Shown here piece by piece: positions 21,375-34,800 of a stretch of 64,000 bases of DNA. Both the position numbers and the translations under genes were made by a program. The notes under the pieces were generated by a model. That model was not told the origin of the DNA. It ran no database searches and saw only the letters and a list, made by a program, of their open reading frames with translations. Source of the stretch: Azolla caroliniana. Lineage: Eukaryota; Plantae; Polypodiophyta. How positions within the stretch are numbered: position 1 is the stretch's first letter; each line of letters opens with the position of its first letter. The stretch covers positions 25,730,001 through 25,794,000 of the forward strand of contig JBHGNT010000003.1 of the NCBI GenBank assembly GCA_043228905.1, read 5' to 3'.

Positions 21375-24300
21375 ATGGCTGACACAACAATAGGAAGTGA
21401 GTTGATGATTGTTGATGGATGTGGTAGTGATGATGGTTATGAAAATTACAAGAGGCAAAAGTGTATTGATTCTACAAAACATGAGAAAACATCATATGCT
21501 GCTATTCTTGGTGGGAAATATGTTATTGGAGATGATTATGATATTGACAGTCATCGTGATTTTGTTAAGGCTTTGCTTTCCGATTTTATGGAAAAAAAAG
21601 AGAAAGATGCTAAAGATTGTGTGGAGGAGGATGTTGTTGAGGTGGTGATGGAGACCAACTCTATGTTAGCAACTTTTGACAGGTTCTATGATCGTGGTGT
21701 TATTTTGTATTTCACTAGTAAACTTCCTTTGGTATCATGGATTAAGTAGTGGTTGAATTCATTCATAATGCCTAATTGTGTTGAGGATGTGTATGTGGGT
21801 CCAAGAGGTTTCTATGATGTAGTTTTTCGATTGTCAAACCACTGTACAGCTTTGATGGGAAAGGTACCAATCTTTTTTGATAGAAGATTAGTGCATGTGA
21901 TGGAATGGGTTCCAGCGGTGGATTATAAAGATTTATTAAAACAACAATGTCCAATTTGGGTGACCGTTGATTGTAGTAACTCATTCTTTTGGGATTTACT
22001 ACCAGGATTGATGTCCCAAATTGGTAACATTTTGGTTGCTCCTCATGTTAATTCGTTGAACAAATGTAGATATTGCATGTTATGGGATACAAGTTGTAAA
22101 CTTCCAAGATGGTTGAGTATCGATACATCTCGATTTGGTTGATTTCGTTTTAAGCTTCAATGGGAAACTTTTGCAGGACATTGTTTTAAATGTGGTAAAT
22201 TGGGGCATTTTATGGCTGAAAGCCAATATCATGGTGAACTATCCCCAAAAAATAATGTCAAAGGGAAAAACAAGGAAGATGTTGAGAAGGATATTGTTTT
22301 GATATGGTCATGGATGAGGGAATATCTCATGGGTTAGAGCGAGATCCTAAAGTTCATGGTCATGTTAGAGGTGTTGGGGAGGAGAATGGAGTATGTAATA
22401 ATGATGGCCCAAATGTTGAAGATAGAGAGTGGCATCAAGTGAAGCATGAGATAAAAGGGAAGGGTGTTGCCATACAAAGGGGGAAAAAATACTTATTGTA
22501 CGACATTACCAAAAGATAATTTGAGATTGAAGGAGGGGTTTAAGAAAAATCCTTGGCAAAAACAAGTGCGAAATCAGATATTGTCCAACCAATTACAATT
22601 CGATTCTTCAAGAAGGGTGGTACGACCTCAATTAAATCAAGGACTTCATTCTCGTGGAGCCAGACAACAAAACCCTAATATTGGTGGAGGGGATGCAGTA
22701 CACACAAATCCTTATGCAGCTCTTGAACAAGTAGTTAGTACATTCATGAATACACTTGCTCATAAAGAGCAAGTTCTTACCAAAGGTGTTAAATGAAAGT
22801 TGTATCATGGAATGTGAGAGGGGCATCTTCTCCTCATAAGAAATATATATTATGGAAAACTTTATTTGATAAAGATTGGGATGTTTTATGTGCAATTGAA
22901 CATAAGTGTCATGATTTAGTAGGATCTATGTTACATTTGCGTGGATATTCCACATATTATCCAAGACAATTATCACATTATTACTCAAGGGTTGTCATGA
23001 TTATTTGTGATTCGTTTTGTCCACATATAGTCTATAATGATCCATATGGACGTTTTTTGGTGATGGAAGTCAAGTATTTTGAGGATTTGATATGGTTGGT
23101 TGGAATCTATGCACCTAATAATGCTAATCAACGCATTGAGTTATGGTCTTCAATGTATCCACGGTTATTAGTGGGACATGTTGGTTTGTTAATGGGTGAT
23201 TTTAATATGTGTGTTGATGCTTCACAATCTACTTTGCGATTCTCAGTGATGGATTCTCCTGAGCAAGCAGTTTGGGACAAATTGGCATCAGAGGTTTTGA
23301 AGTATCAAGATGAGGTTGGGTTTACATTTCAGTCTATGCAATACAAAGAAACATGGAGTAGGTTAGATAGAATGTATGTTATGCATGATGAGTCCTTTTT
23401 GCCAGAGATGCTTAATATGTCAATTATGCAAGAGGTTGTGACATCAGATCATTTTCCCATATGTTTTGAGTTTAATAAACATGGGGTAGATATGTACAAA
23501 ACATTGCTTCAACGAGTTCCTTTGAGGTTTAATTCTTCTTTATTATTACATTCTTTATTTGATGCCTATATGCAACAAAATTTTGGCATGTTTTCAGAAC
23601 AAGTTATTTCAAAAGGATGGCATGCATGGGATACAACACTACAAAACATCAATGATATTCATCGTATGTATGGTATGACTAATGCTAAAAGACGTAGGAA
23701 ATTGATTGATAAGTTTTCATATATTCTTATGTGATGCAATGTACTATTGATGAATAATCCACATGATGAAGAGCTTTTGGATGTTCAAGTTCAAGTACAT
23801 GACATTGTGAAGAATTTGTCTTGTCAAAGTTATCAACATACAAGACTACGCCAATTAAAGGAGGGATTTATAGATAATCAATCACAATCTCATATGTTTT
23901 TTCAAGGATTAAGACCACCATATGCTCGTTCAAATGTGGTACAAATTAAGATAGGGGATGCCATTGTTGTAGACCCAGTCAAGGTTATTGAGTTATGTAT
24001 TACTCATTTTAAGAATTTGATTGGGCCAGAGTTAATTATTAATGAGGATGTCTTGAAAGCACGACAAGAGTTTTATAACGTAATTGGGAGTGTTGTGAAT
24101 ACAAATATTTGTCAAGAATTGGATGTTGATTTTGAAGAAGCTGAGGTGGAAAATGTATTGTTACACCTTCCAAATGGTAAAAGCCCTAGCTCGGATGGTG
24201 TTACAAATGAAGTTTTTAAGAAGTATGCTAGCATGCTTAAGAGTTCATTCACACAAATGTTTCAACGATGTTGGGATTATGGTTTCATGCCTGAGAGCTA

Positions 24301-26745
24301 GAAGGTGGGGTTAATCAAATTGATACCAAAGGTACCATCTCCGGAGTCATTTCATCAATGGAGGCCTATTTCATTGATGGGAGGGTTGTACAAAGTGTTT
24401 GCAAATATATTATCCAACAAACTTAAGAAGTTCTTACCTCAACTTATTCATCCATCTCAATATGGTTTTATTACAGGTAAAAATATATTGCATAATGTTT
24501 TGAATGTTCAAATGGCGACTAATTATACTCGACATACACATCAAGAAATGGTTATGGTGCAATTAGATTTGGAAAAAGCATATGATCATGCTAATTGGTC
24601 TTTCCTCTCAGGTGTGATGTATAATATGGGGTTTGGTCCTCGTATGTGTTGACTTATCTTTTTGTTAGGGCAAAATGCAACCTCCCGTGTGATGCTTAAT
24701 GGTGGAGTCACTCCGAAAGAGTTTCTTACTAGATTCGTGTGGCAAGGATGTCCACTAAGCCCATTGTTATTTGATATTGTTACACATCCTTTGTTAGTAA
24801 TGTTGTCACATCTTGCGACCAATGGTGATATTGTGGGTTTGCATCTTCCTTCTGGTGGACAATTGGTGGCACAAGCATTGACAGATGATTCTTTTATGTT
24901 TTTACAAGCCTCAAAAGAAAATCTTAAAAGGAGTATGCAAGTTTGGGATCAATTTGTTTTGGCTTCAAGGTTGTATATAAATTGGAGGAAGTCTCGCCTT
25001 ATTTCTTGTACCGAGAGTGATTTGGAATGTTTGGGATGGCGAGGGTCAATGATTACACGAGGTTCAATTTATCGACATTTGGGTTATCCATTAGGCATTG
25101 ATGTCACAAATGTTCAATTGATTGATTGGATTGGTAGTAAATTGAGGGACAAATTTATGTATTGGAAGCCTCAATTATGGCCCTTTCATGCATGACTCAA
25201 AGTGGTGCAATGTATCTTGATACCCATGTTATTATATTTGTTGCCTTTACTTTCTTGGACTAAGAAGGCATTACAAAGCATGTTACAACCTATTATTCGG
25301 TTCATGTTGTGGCGGAAGGGAGAAATGATGGGAGTTACATGGATTTCATGGGACCATTTGGCTACTCTTAAAAGGTTAGGTGGTGCAGCAATATTGGATT
25401 TGGAAAGGCATTTGATGGCTCGTAGATTTACATTATTATGAGATATATGTCAACAAGATCAACCATGGATATCTATGATGCAATATTTTATTGAGCATGA
25501 AGGATTGGTGCATGGGAAAACAAAGATTTAAGCATCATGGTGGTCACTACTAAATGGAAGTATTCCTCTAAAGATTCGACATTCTGTATGTGGACAACAT
25601 TTGGTAAGATCGTGGCAAGATGCATTATCTCTTATTGAATGGGGACCATCAAGTGATCAAGAATATTGTAATTCATTACAAAACGAATTGCTTGTTTATT
25701 CTCGAGTGTTGTTTTGGCATGGGAAAGAGAAGTTGAGATCTCAATTCAATTGTTTATTTTGATTGGGAATTGTACATTTAGAAGATATGGTTGATAATGA
25801 ATCTCAAAGGTTGTCGGATTTTGAAGATGCCAAGAGATGGTTATGTATTCCCCCAAATTATGGATTTATTTGGGAGAAATTACATGATAAACCATTGTTG
25901 CAAGGATCTTTGCCATTGAAAACCAATTTTGCACCTTGGGTAGATTGGCGGTTACAAGATGACACACGCTTGTTACAGGTCACTACAAATATATTGTATT
26001 ATAATGCGATGATATTATTATCTTGGCTATCTCCTAAAGCAACGAATGTGTGGAATGTATATAAGTTAGATGTAAGGTGGTGGAAAATATTACAACGTGG
26101 TTGGCATTCCCATCTACCATTTCGTGCAAAGGTATTAATATGGAGAGTCATGATTGGTGGGCTCCCATTAGGTTCGGCCTTAAAGCGACGAGGACTAGGG
26201 TCTATCACTTGTTTCTTTTGCACCGTTCCATTGGAGGATAATACACATAGGTTCATTAAATGTCCTATAGCATGTACCATTTGGAAGTACTTATCGGACA
26301 TTTGACAAGTTTTACCTGTTGTTGTTTGTGACCTCAACAATGGGTTTTTTCTTAATATGTTCAAAATGGATCAAATGATGAGATGGAGATATTGTTCCAA
26401 TTTTTACGTTATTGGGGTCTACAACACAATTGGAATATACGTAATGCTTTAATGTTTGATAATAGACATGGGGTGAAAGCCTATATAAAGAAGCTTAAAG
26501 GTATTCTTATGTGGAAATTTTGGATGTTAGAGCATGTGGGGATCATTTCCTCAAATGCATATTCAGGTTTTTTAGTAGCATTACAGAACGTCCCTCTCCC
26601 TACATAGGCATATGATAGGTAGAGGAGACTAAGAAGTGTTGTAACTAAGTGGATTTTACATACAATTAATATAATTGTGTGCTTTTACCCAAAAACAAAA
26701 AGAAAAAAAAGAAATGGAAAGAAAGAAAGGAAAATAAAAAACAAA
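21375..26745 (+). mobile_element. Near full-length degenerate L1-type LINE (ORF1, then ORF2 with EN, RT and zf-RVT; A-rich tail)
   Basis: ORF1 fragments have PIWV and the zinc knuckle CFKCGKLGHF. ORF2 from 22793 reads MKVVSWNVRG, GIYAPN, GDFN, SRLDR, SDHFP, WRPISL, QYGF, LDLEKAYDH, QGCPLSPLLF, LTDDS and CFFC...HRFIKCP. Many stops; A-rich 3' end. Confidence 0.93.
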
Positions 26746-26779
26746 TTCAAAACCTCTTTCTTTCCCTTTGTTAACGTGG

Positions 26780-27140
26780 AAGTGACTGATTGGTGGCCAG
26801 AGCACACACATACACGTACATGCCCATACGCTGATACGCGTCCATATACATATGTAGGTACATACCATAGCCGTATTTTATATGTATAATGATAACAAAG
26901 ACATATGTATAATTTACTCATGGGTGGCACATATGGCGTCATGCTCCTCGGAAAAGAACGTTTAAGTGACTGATTGGTGGCCGGGGCACACACATACGCG
27001 TACGTGCTCATACGCCGATACGCGTCCATATACATATGTACATAGGTTCATACCGTATTTTATACGTATAATGATAACAAAGACGTAAGTATAATTTACG
27101 CCCGGGTGCCACATACGGCGTCATGCTCCTCGGAAAAGAA
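26780..27140 (+). repeat. Tandem ~183-bp duplication directly upstream of ferritin
   Basis: AAGTGACTGATTGGTGGCC...ATGCTCCTCGGAAAAGAA at ~26780-26958 and ~26964-27140. Confidence 0.85.
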
Positions 27141-27271
27141 GCGCGTGTCATGCGTATCTTCGCAGGCACCCTAACCCCTCCTTCTTCTGCAAACCCTAAT
27201 TCTACTTCGTCTTCTTCTCGCGTTTCGTCAGAGTATCACTTTTCTTCCTTCCTTCTTTCTGCATCGTCGCC

Positions 27272-29424
27272 ATGCTTCTGCTCAAGCCTTCCTCCATCGC
27301 TTCTGCACACCAAAGCTTGTATTCACATTCCCCTATACTCCTTCGCCTTAGCCAGAAAAACTGCACTGTTTCTACGTCTTCTTCTTCTTCGCCATCCTCC
27401 ATTTCACCTCTGATCGTTTCAATGCGTAGTGGCATTTCTATGGCTGCAATATTTTCATCCTCGACTTCTTCTGATTTCCAAGAAGATAAGCAAACTCTAA
27501 CAGGCGTAACTTTTCAGCCTTTTGTGGAGATACAAGATCATCTCGTCATGGTTCCGTCCTCTTCTTCTGTGTCTTTAGCTCGCCAGAACTTTAGCGAGTC
27601 GTGCGAATCTGCTCTTAACGAACAGATCAAGTATGTTCTCTCTTTACGTTCTCTTCTCCGTTGATTTTTACATTTGTTTTAATGAAAAATCGCCGAAGTA
27701 CTCTGAAGTTCTGCTTTATTTCTCCCAAATAAACACACCTGGTCAAGAGTATTAATATTTGCTGTTCGAACAAATTTTATAAACCAAAGTTTCTCTCTTT
27801 ATACTACATTCATGCATTAAAATGTTAAGAGATACCTTCATTTAGCATCCGTTTCTTTCTACAGTATTTTGATTTTAGGTTTTTAAAGTTTTTTGTATTT
27901 TCACTGTTCCATTTTATTGCAAAATCTACATTTCCCCCCTACATTTGCAACCTGAGTTTCTCGCTTTATGTTTCACTCTTTCAATCAAATGCCTCTAAAA
28001 GTGCAATTCATTTTCACAGTATTGAGTACAATGCGTCTTATTTTTACCATAATCTTTTTGCTTATTTCGATCGCGACAATGTTGGCCTTCCTGGATTTGC
28101 AAAGTGAGTAACATTGCTTTGTTTTCATACATTTCTATTTTTTTCCTCTTTGTCGTACCATGTATGATAATGTTTTACTAACCAATTCCAGGTTCTTCAA
28201 GGAATCTAGTGACGAAGAAAGAGAACACGCCAAGAAGATAATGAAATATCAGGTCTATATGTTTAAAATATTTTAATAGAATGTGAATATTTGCCTTTAA
28301 TGTCTTCGTATAATTTCTGGTTTTATATTTAATCCCTTAGTATTTGTTATTACTCTCCTGCCTGAATATCACTATTTTTGGCTTATATCATGCATGTGGT
28401 TGATGTTTGAGTAAATCATTGCTGTTTGATGTTATTATTTGTTTGTCTTTAGTGTCTGAATTCAATTTTCAGCATTTGTACCTAACTGAATGCTGATAAT
28501 TGATGTCACCTTAGTGTGTGTGGAATATTTGAGTGGAATATGGTGATAACTCTGATGGTCAATGTCACCAACCCTACTTACTCTGTGAGTTTATTTGCGC
28601 CCATAAGTGGATGCTTATGTCTGAATAGAATACCACAACAATAGTCCATGGATCTTATATTCTTATAGTGTTTTGTGTCATGTCTATAGCTAATAGATGT
28701 ATTTCGTTTCTTTGCAGAATACGAGGGGAGGTAAGGTTAAGTTAAACAACATTAGCTTTCCAACCATAAGGGAATTTGATGATGCAGAGAAGGGAGTTGC
28801 CCTTAGTGGTAAGCTTGAAATCTTGGTTATTTCTCTCCATTTCTTTTTTATTTTTCACACTTCAAAATTTTCATTGGTGCTCACGTTCGTGATTGTATGT
28901 GTGTTAGCAATGGAGCTCACCTTAGCAATGGAGAAGCTTGTGAACAAGAAGTTACTTAAGCTTCATAAGGTATGCATTCTTTTTATGAGGTAGTACCTCC
29001 TATTTGTGTGTTCAGCTTAGTACTTGATCTTGTCTGAAGTAGTACAGAATTCTTTGAATAATCTTTGAAGTTGCAATGCCTGTTCACAAATAGGTTGCTG
29101 AGGTGGCTGGTGATCCACAGTTAGCTGATTTTGTTAAAGTAGAGCTTTTAAAGCCTCAGGTTATATATTTACTGATAATCTTGTACTGATAATGTTTATA
29201 TATTTTTTGTTTGCTAATAATGAACTCGTGTTACAGGTTGATGATATAAAGAAGATCTCAAGTTACGTTTCCCAACTCAGAAGAATCGGGAAAGGGCATG
29301 GTAAGTTGATGCCATGGCAATGAATGATTAAGTGTTCATTTTTTTTGTCCTAGAATTTAAGGTTTTTATTATACTGTCTTTTAATGTTTCAGGAGTGTAT
29401 CATTTTGATCTCATGTTGCTCTGA
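27272..29424 (+). CDS. FER: Plastid ferritin, 8 exons
   Basis: Ser-rich transit peptide, then [25 protein letters not shown]...[75 protein letters not shown]. Seven GT-AG introns, as in plant ferritins. Confidence 0.93.
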
Positions 29425-29505
29425 AAAGAGCAAACCCTTTGTGCAGAAAGTGAGATTTGATATGATCAAGATGTCTTCCTGTACAAAATGGGAAGCAGCT
29501 CCAAA

Positions 29506-29550
<45 letters not shown>

Positions 29551-29753
29551 TGTCTCATAGTACTAATATAGATATATGCCCTGCCTAATCTGTCTAAACA
29601 TTAGACTTGCTTTGCTTTAGAAGTTGGAAGATATGTGGTTTGAAGTTTGTTAGGGGCCCCCTGAAGAAATGGCCTCATGTAGCAAGTATTAAGTTGATGT
29701 TGATATACATGAGATTATTGGTATCATGACCATTTTGGAATGGTTGTTTCAAG

Positions 29754-29918
29754 CATAGTTCTAGCCATACGTCTCATTCGTGTCATACTCAAACGCCAAT
29801 ATTCGTATCATACTCATACGTGAAAAGGCTCCAAGTATGATTGAAATCCATACGCGGTACATAGATATATTATATATACATATGGTGTATATGGTGTACA
29901 TAGTGTGTGTGTGTGAGG

Positions 29919-29953
<35 letters not shown>

Positions 29954-30891
29954 TGTGTGGTCTAGAGAGAGAAGCCCTGTTTTGCATGTGTGAGGAGACA
30001 GTGATTGAGTGTATATCTAGACTCTAGAGAGAGAGAGAGAGAGGAGCTATGGGTTTTGTCTGTGTGAGGGAGTATGTAATATGTATATTAGATATCTAGA
30101 TTTTGTAGAGAGAGAAAATCTGTCAGTTCTCGTGTGAGAGAGAGAGAGTGTGTGTGTATGTGTGTCAGATGTCACTTCTATTCACAAAATATTATGAATA
30201 TCAAAAAAAAAAAAACCAAAAAAAAGTCAAAAAAAAAAAAAAAAAACCAAACGAATATCGCGTATCATACGCGTACGTTTGCAAACGTTCGCGTACGTCC
30301 AGTAAATTGGACGTACGCGAATATTAGGAACTATGGTAGTTCCTAATATTCGCGTACGTCCAATTTACTGGACGTACGCGAACGTTTGCAAACGTACGCG
30401 TATGATACGCGATATTCGTTTGGCTTTTTTTTTTTTGACTTTTTTTGGCTTTTTTTTTTTTGATATTCATAATATTTTGTGAATAGAAGTGACATCTGAC
30501 ACACATACACACTCTCTCTCTCTCTCTCACACGAGAACTGACAGATTTTCTCTCTCTACAAAATCTAGATATCTAATATACATATTACATACTCCCTCAC
30601 ACAGACAAAACCCATAGCTCCTCTCTCTCTCTCTAGAGTCTAGATATACACTCAATCACTGTCTCCTCACACATGCAAAACAGGGCTTCTCTCTCTAGAC
30701 CACACACGCTCTCTCTCTCTCTCTCTCTCTCCCCCTCACACACACACACACTATGTACACCATATGTATATATAATATATCTATGTACCGCGTATGGATT
30801 TCAATCATACTTGGTGCCTTTTCACGTATGAGTATGATACGAATATTGGCGTTTGAGTATGACACGAATGGGACGTATGGCTAGAACTATG
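29754..30891. mobile_element. Inverted dimer of a hAT-type MITE forming a 1.14-kb palindrome, 8-bp TSD GTTTCAAG
   Basis: 29754-30335 and 30337-30891 are near-exact reverse complements. Unit termini are CATAGTTC...GAACTATG. GTTTCAAG lies at 29746-29753 and 30892-30899. Confidence 0.9.
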
Positions 30892-31809
30892 GTTTCAAGT
30901 AGGCGAATATATGTATAAAATATCTTTTGATTGGGACTCGAGAGCATATATACAATTTTAATTGAAATGGAGAAGATAGTTCCCAGACCTTTGCCACAGA
31001 AAAATCTCGAAGACATGTCTTCTCCTGGTCTCATCATGTTCAGAATACTTGGTTTATTTTGTTCCAATTTATTACACACAACATTAGTGTTTGTAATTTG
31101 TAATCATAAAATACGATGTCCTAGTAGATTACATCCCATGCCCAATATTTGTTGGTGCATTTGTTTTTGGTCATGCATTGTGTTGTTTCTCATGGTACAT
31201 GCTTATTTCATTGTTAACCGTTAATTATGTTCCTTCATTGTAACCACGTTGCTCTTTCTTCCCATGATGATGATGACGGTGCTTCTCTTACCTGCAATGT
31301 TGATCACACTACAATGGAAGTTGGCAAAGTGAAAACTATTCTGTGATTCTTGTGGGTAGTTTAAATACTACTTTGTGGTGCAACACGGGGAGTGGCCCAA
31401 GGGCATCAAAATTTGGTATGTCAATGTATTTATGTGATGTTTGTGAAGATCTTGAAGTGAATGTGCATCATTGGTGATCGAATTGTGTGAATTCTGATGA
31501 CTTCAACAGGCTAAATTGTGGACAATGTGTAGTAGGCTGACATCCCCTTAGTAGATGGCTAAGATTCTATTCAAGACATTGGTGATCAAGAATTAGAGCT
31601 CATTATTTTGCAGGTTGGTTAACAAGGGAGAAAATGAATGATTATATCAATAATTGGAAGTTTTGATATTTGATAATTTGATAGTTTTTCCCTGAAGAAA
31701 CTAACGATACTACGTAGGTAGTGCACTCAATTATGGACAAGGATTCCACATAGGAGTAATGGAATTATAATGAATAAAAAACATGGATGTTGAAATTGCA
31801 TTTGAGTGC

Positions 31810-34800
31810 TTATGAGTAAATTTGGGAGAGATTGATGGGGCTAATTTCAGAAGGGGAACCAAAAAGGCTGCGTTGAGAGATGATCTTGTGCACTCGCTCT
31901 GTAGGATGAAATGGGTCCCAAAAAATGTATGAATCTCGATCCTCACATACAGGTGTCTTGGGTCGACAAGGCCAGAAACCCTTATAGCGAGTTACTGATC
32001 CACAACAAGCTGTATTCACATTTTTGAATCCTGCATTCAATCCCAATTGATCATGATAGTAACGAAAATTTCACTATCTAATGAAAGAAATACCTTTAAA
32101 CCATTTAAAAGTTTAATCAATTTGTGACATTATCAAATGAGTCTTGATTCAATTCTACCTTTTTTATTGTTCCAAATATAGTAGTTCGTTTTTAGTAAAT
32201 CCTCTTTCTTCATTTATGAATCTATTAAACATGGTAATCTCATCTATAATATCCTATTGCTTAACACAATTAGGATATTTGGTTTCACAACAATAAGATG
32301 TTATTTAGTCGATAAGTGTTTCAATCATATCCTTTGAGTTCATTATTAATTGTAGGATTAAAACATTGTCAAATGAACATCAAGTACTACTTACCAAAGT
32401 TTGATGGATTTTGGATCAAATCCATGGCTATGCCAAACACGTTAGAATAGAGAAAGACGGAACCAGGAAGCTCTTGTTGCAACTCTTCTGCCATTGATTT
32501 TAGTCTTTGGTTGAAGGTAATGGCCACCTACCAGGATATTAAGGTTCAAAATTCACGTGAGCATGATATCTTATGCAAAAAATATCAATAGATTTCCGTC
32601 TCAAATAGTGAATTTCCGAAGCACTAGTAGATCTACAAAAGCAATGATATTCAATCGAGTGGTAAATGTTGAAGTTAAGTAATCAATGCATGGCAATTTT
32701 AACTAGGGGAAGTACACCCTTATAGTATTCAGGAGTGCTTAACTCATCTCTTTAGTTACTCTCTTTATTATCTCTGTTAGCTGAGGAAGGAGCCAATCAA
32801 GGGGTTCACTTGCACATGCTCAAGAGTGCTTGTCACTCGTGTCTTGTGGTATCTTCTCTTTCTGATAATCCTAGCTTAACACTTTTGAGTGGAAGTTTTA
32901 AGATCCATTATTATCAGCATGGTTAGTTCAGAATTAACACAATGATTAGTTGATATATGATTTCTTGTTGCTTTCTTTAAATTTAAGTGTGGGTCAAGTC
33001 ATCTTTTAAGTTAATCTTGTTGTTATCTTCATTAGTTGTGCAAGGATGATAAAATTAGGGAGTCACTTAGGTAGCCCAGAATTGTTGGTTTGATACTCTC
33101 AAGAATTATTGACACTCACTTCTTGTGCGCTTTGCTTGCAAAACGGTGCATGTCCACTGAATCCCTTGCAATGTTTTAATGCCAACCTACCTATGCAAAT
33201 CTTTGGTGAAAATATTTTATCATGAAAAGGATGCCAATGATTTCATGTTATGTTATAACCCTTGGACAATATTGAACTTTGTAACCTTTTGGTTTTTCGT
33301 GGTTGGTGAGTTGTACATGCTAGAACATACACCCATTATACAAAAATTGGGATATTGACGCTGGAGGAAATCATTGGCATGTTTTTCACTACAATTTGAA
33401 TGCACATAGAGAGGTGATTCAAATCTAACAGTATATTGAAAGCTTAATTCAAGGAGGTTCAAAAGTTAGTAATAATGACCATGATGCCAATTGATATTGC
33501 CTATTTAACATAAAATTTGGCACCTGTTGCATCATTTCAATGCATTGGCCCGTAGTATCACCAAGGAAATGTCGGCTGATAACATGAGGCATGCATCCAA
33601 TTGGACCTAATCCGACAATCAATACATTGCGTGCTCCATATCCATACATTACCTATCAATTCATTAACCACATGAAATAAATTATAATCCAAAGAAAATA
33701 TTATTATCCAAGTTAACATGATTAACCATATTGCAAACCTAAGCATAAAATATCCGAAAGAATCCTTATAAACTTTTACCTTGATTTGTTCGTTAAGCTT
33801 GTAGATAAGGAAATCTTGGAATTCTGGAATTGTGAACTCGATCATGCGAGGGTTGGTTAGGGGCAGAAAATAGTTGCTAAGAAAATCATTTGCTCCGACC
33901 GTAATGGAGAAAAAGGCATTTCTTATAATGTTTGATGCCTTGCCCTCACCCACCATCGCTTGTAACTTCTCCACGTACTCACCCATTAATTGCATCTGCT
34001 TGCTCATTGGGAAACATTGAATCTAGACATGACATAATGTACACTAAGTTTACCTATAAGGTTATGTGGCATACACCTCAAACTAATGGAGTAGCTAAGA
34101 GAAAAAATAGTCGGACATTGTTTGCCTTACATAAGTAGCTATGCACCAATGTCTACTAAGAATGAACATCTTATAGCCACAAACAAAACATTTTATGCTC
34201 AAGCACAATGTGAAAGCATTGCCTTTATAAATGATATTAAGAACTTCTGTATATATATGCTTTGCCCTCATTCTCTCTCTCTAGCAAAACACTATAATTG
34301 ATGTCTAATAGTAGAGCTTGTGCTTCCTAACCTTATGGTAATGCATTTAAGTTCCAAATGATGGGTTCCAAGCAACCTTTGGTATGTTTTCTTTGATTTG
34401 GTGAATGATGCTTAGAAACTCTTAAAAAAAAAAATCAAGTTTCAAATTCGCTTTCCATAATCAAGTGTTGAAAAGCTGATGAACGGCAAAATATATAACA
34501 ATGTTCCAAGAACAGAAAATTTTAAACTATGTTTGACGAAAAGAAAACTTTAAAATGGTGAGGGTTGAACAAACAATGGAGATAAAGTGGTTTGAGATTT
34601 GGAACTACATATTGGGTTTGTCAAGGAATGGTCATATCACGTACGGATGTTGGCCTTCATACCTTACCATTATCTATCTACCTATAGCCAAACTTTTAAG
34701 AAATAACAACCATCTACCTATAGCCAACCTTGTATTAAATATCTATCCACACCAAAGACGCTGTTCTTTTGATATTAATACCAAAAGGCAAATGTTTTCT

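Noticed and set aside
30134-30530. Pair of near-identical small ORFs on opposite strands
   Set aside because: Mirror images produced by the palindrome, with low-complexity sequence.
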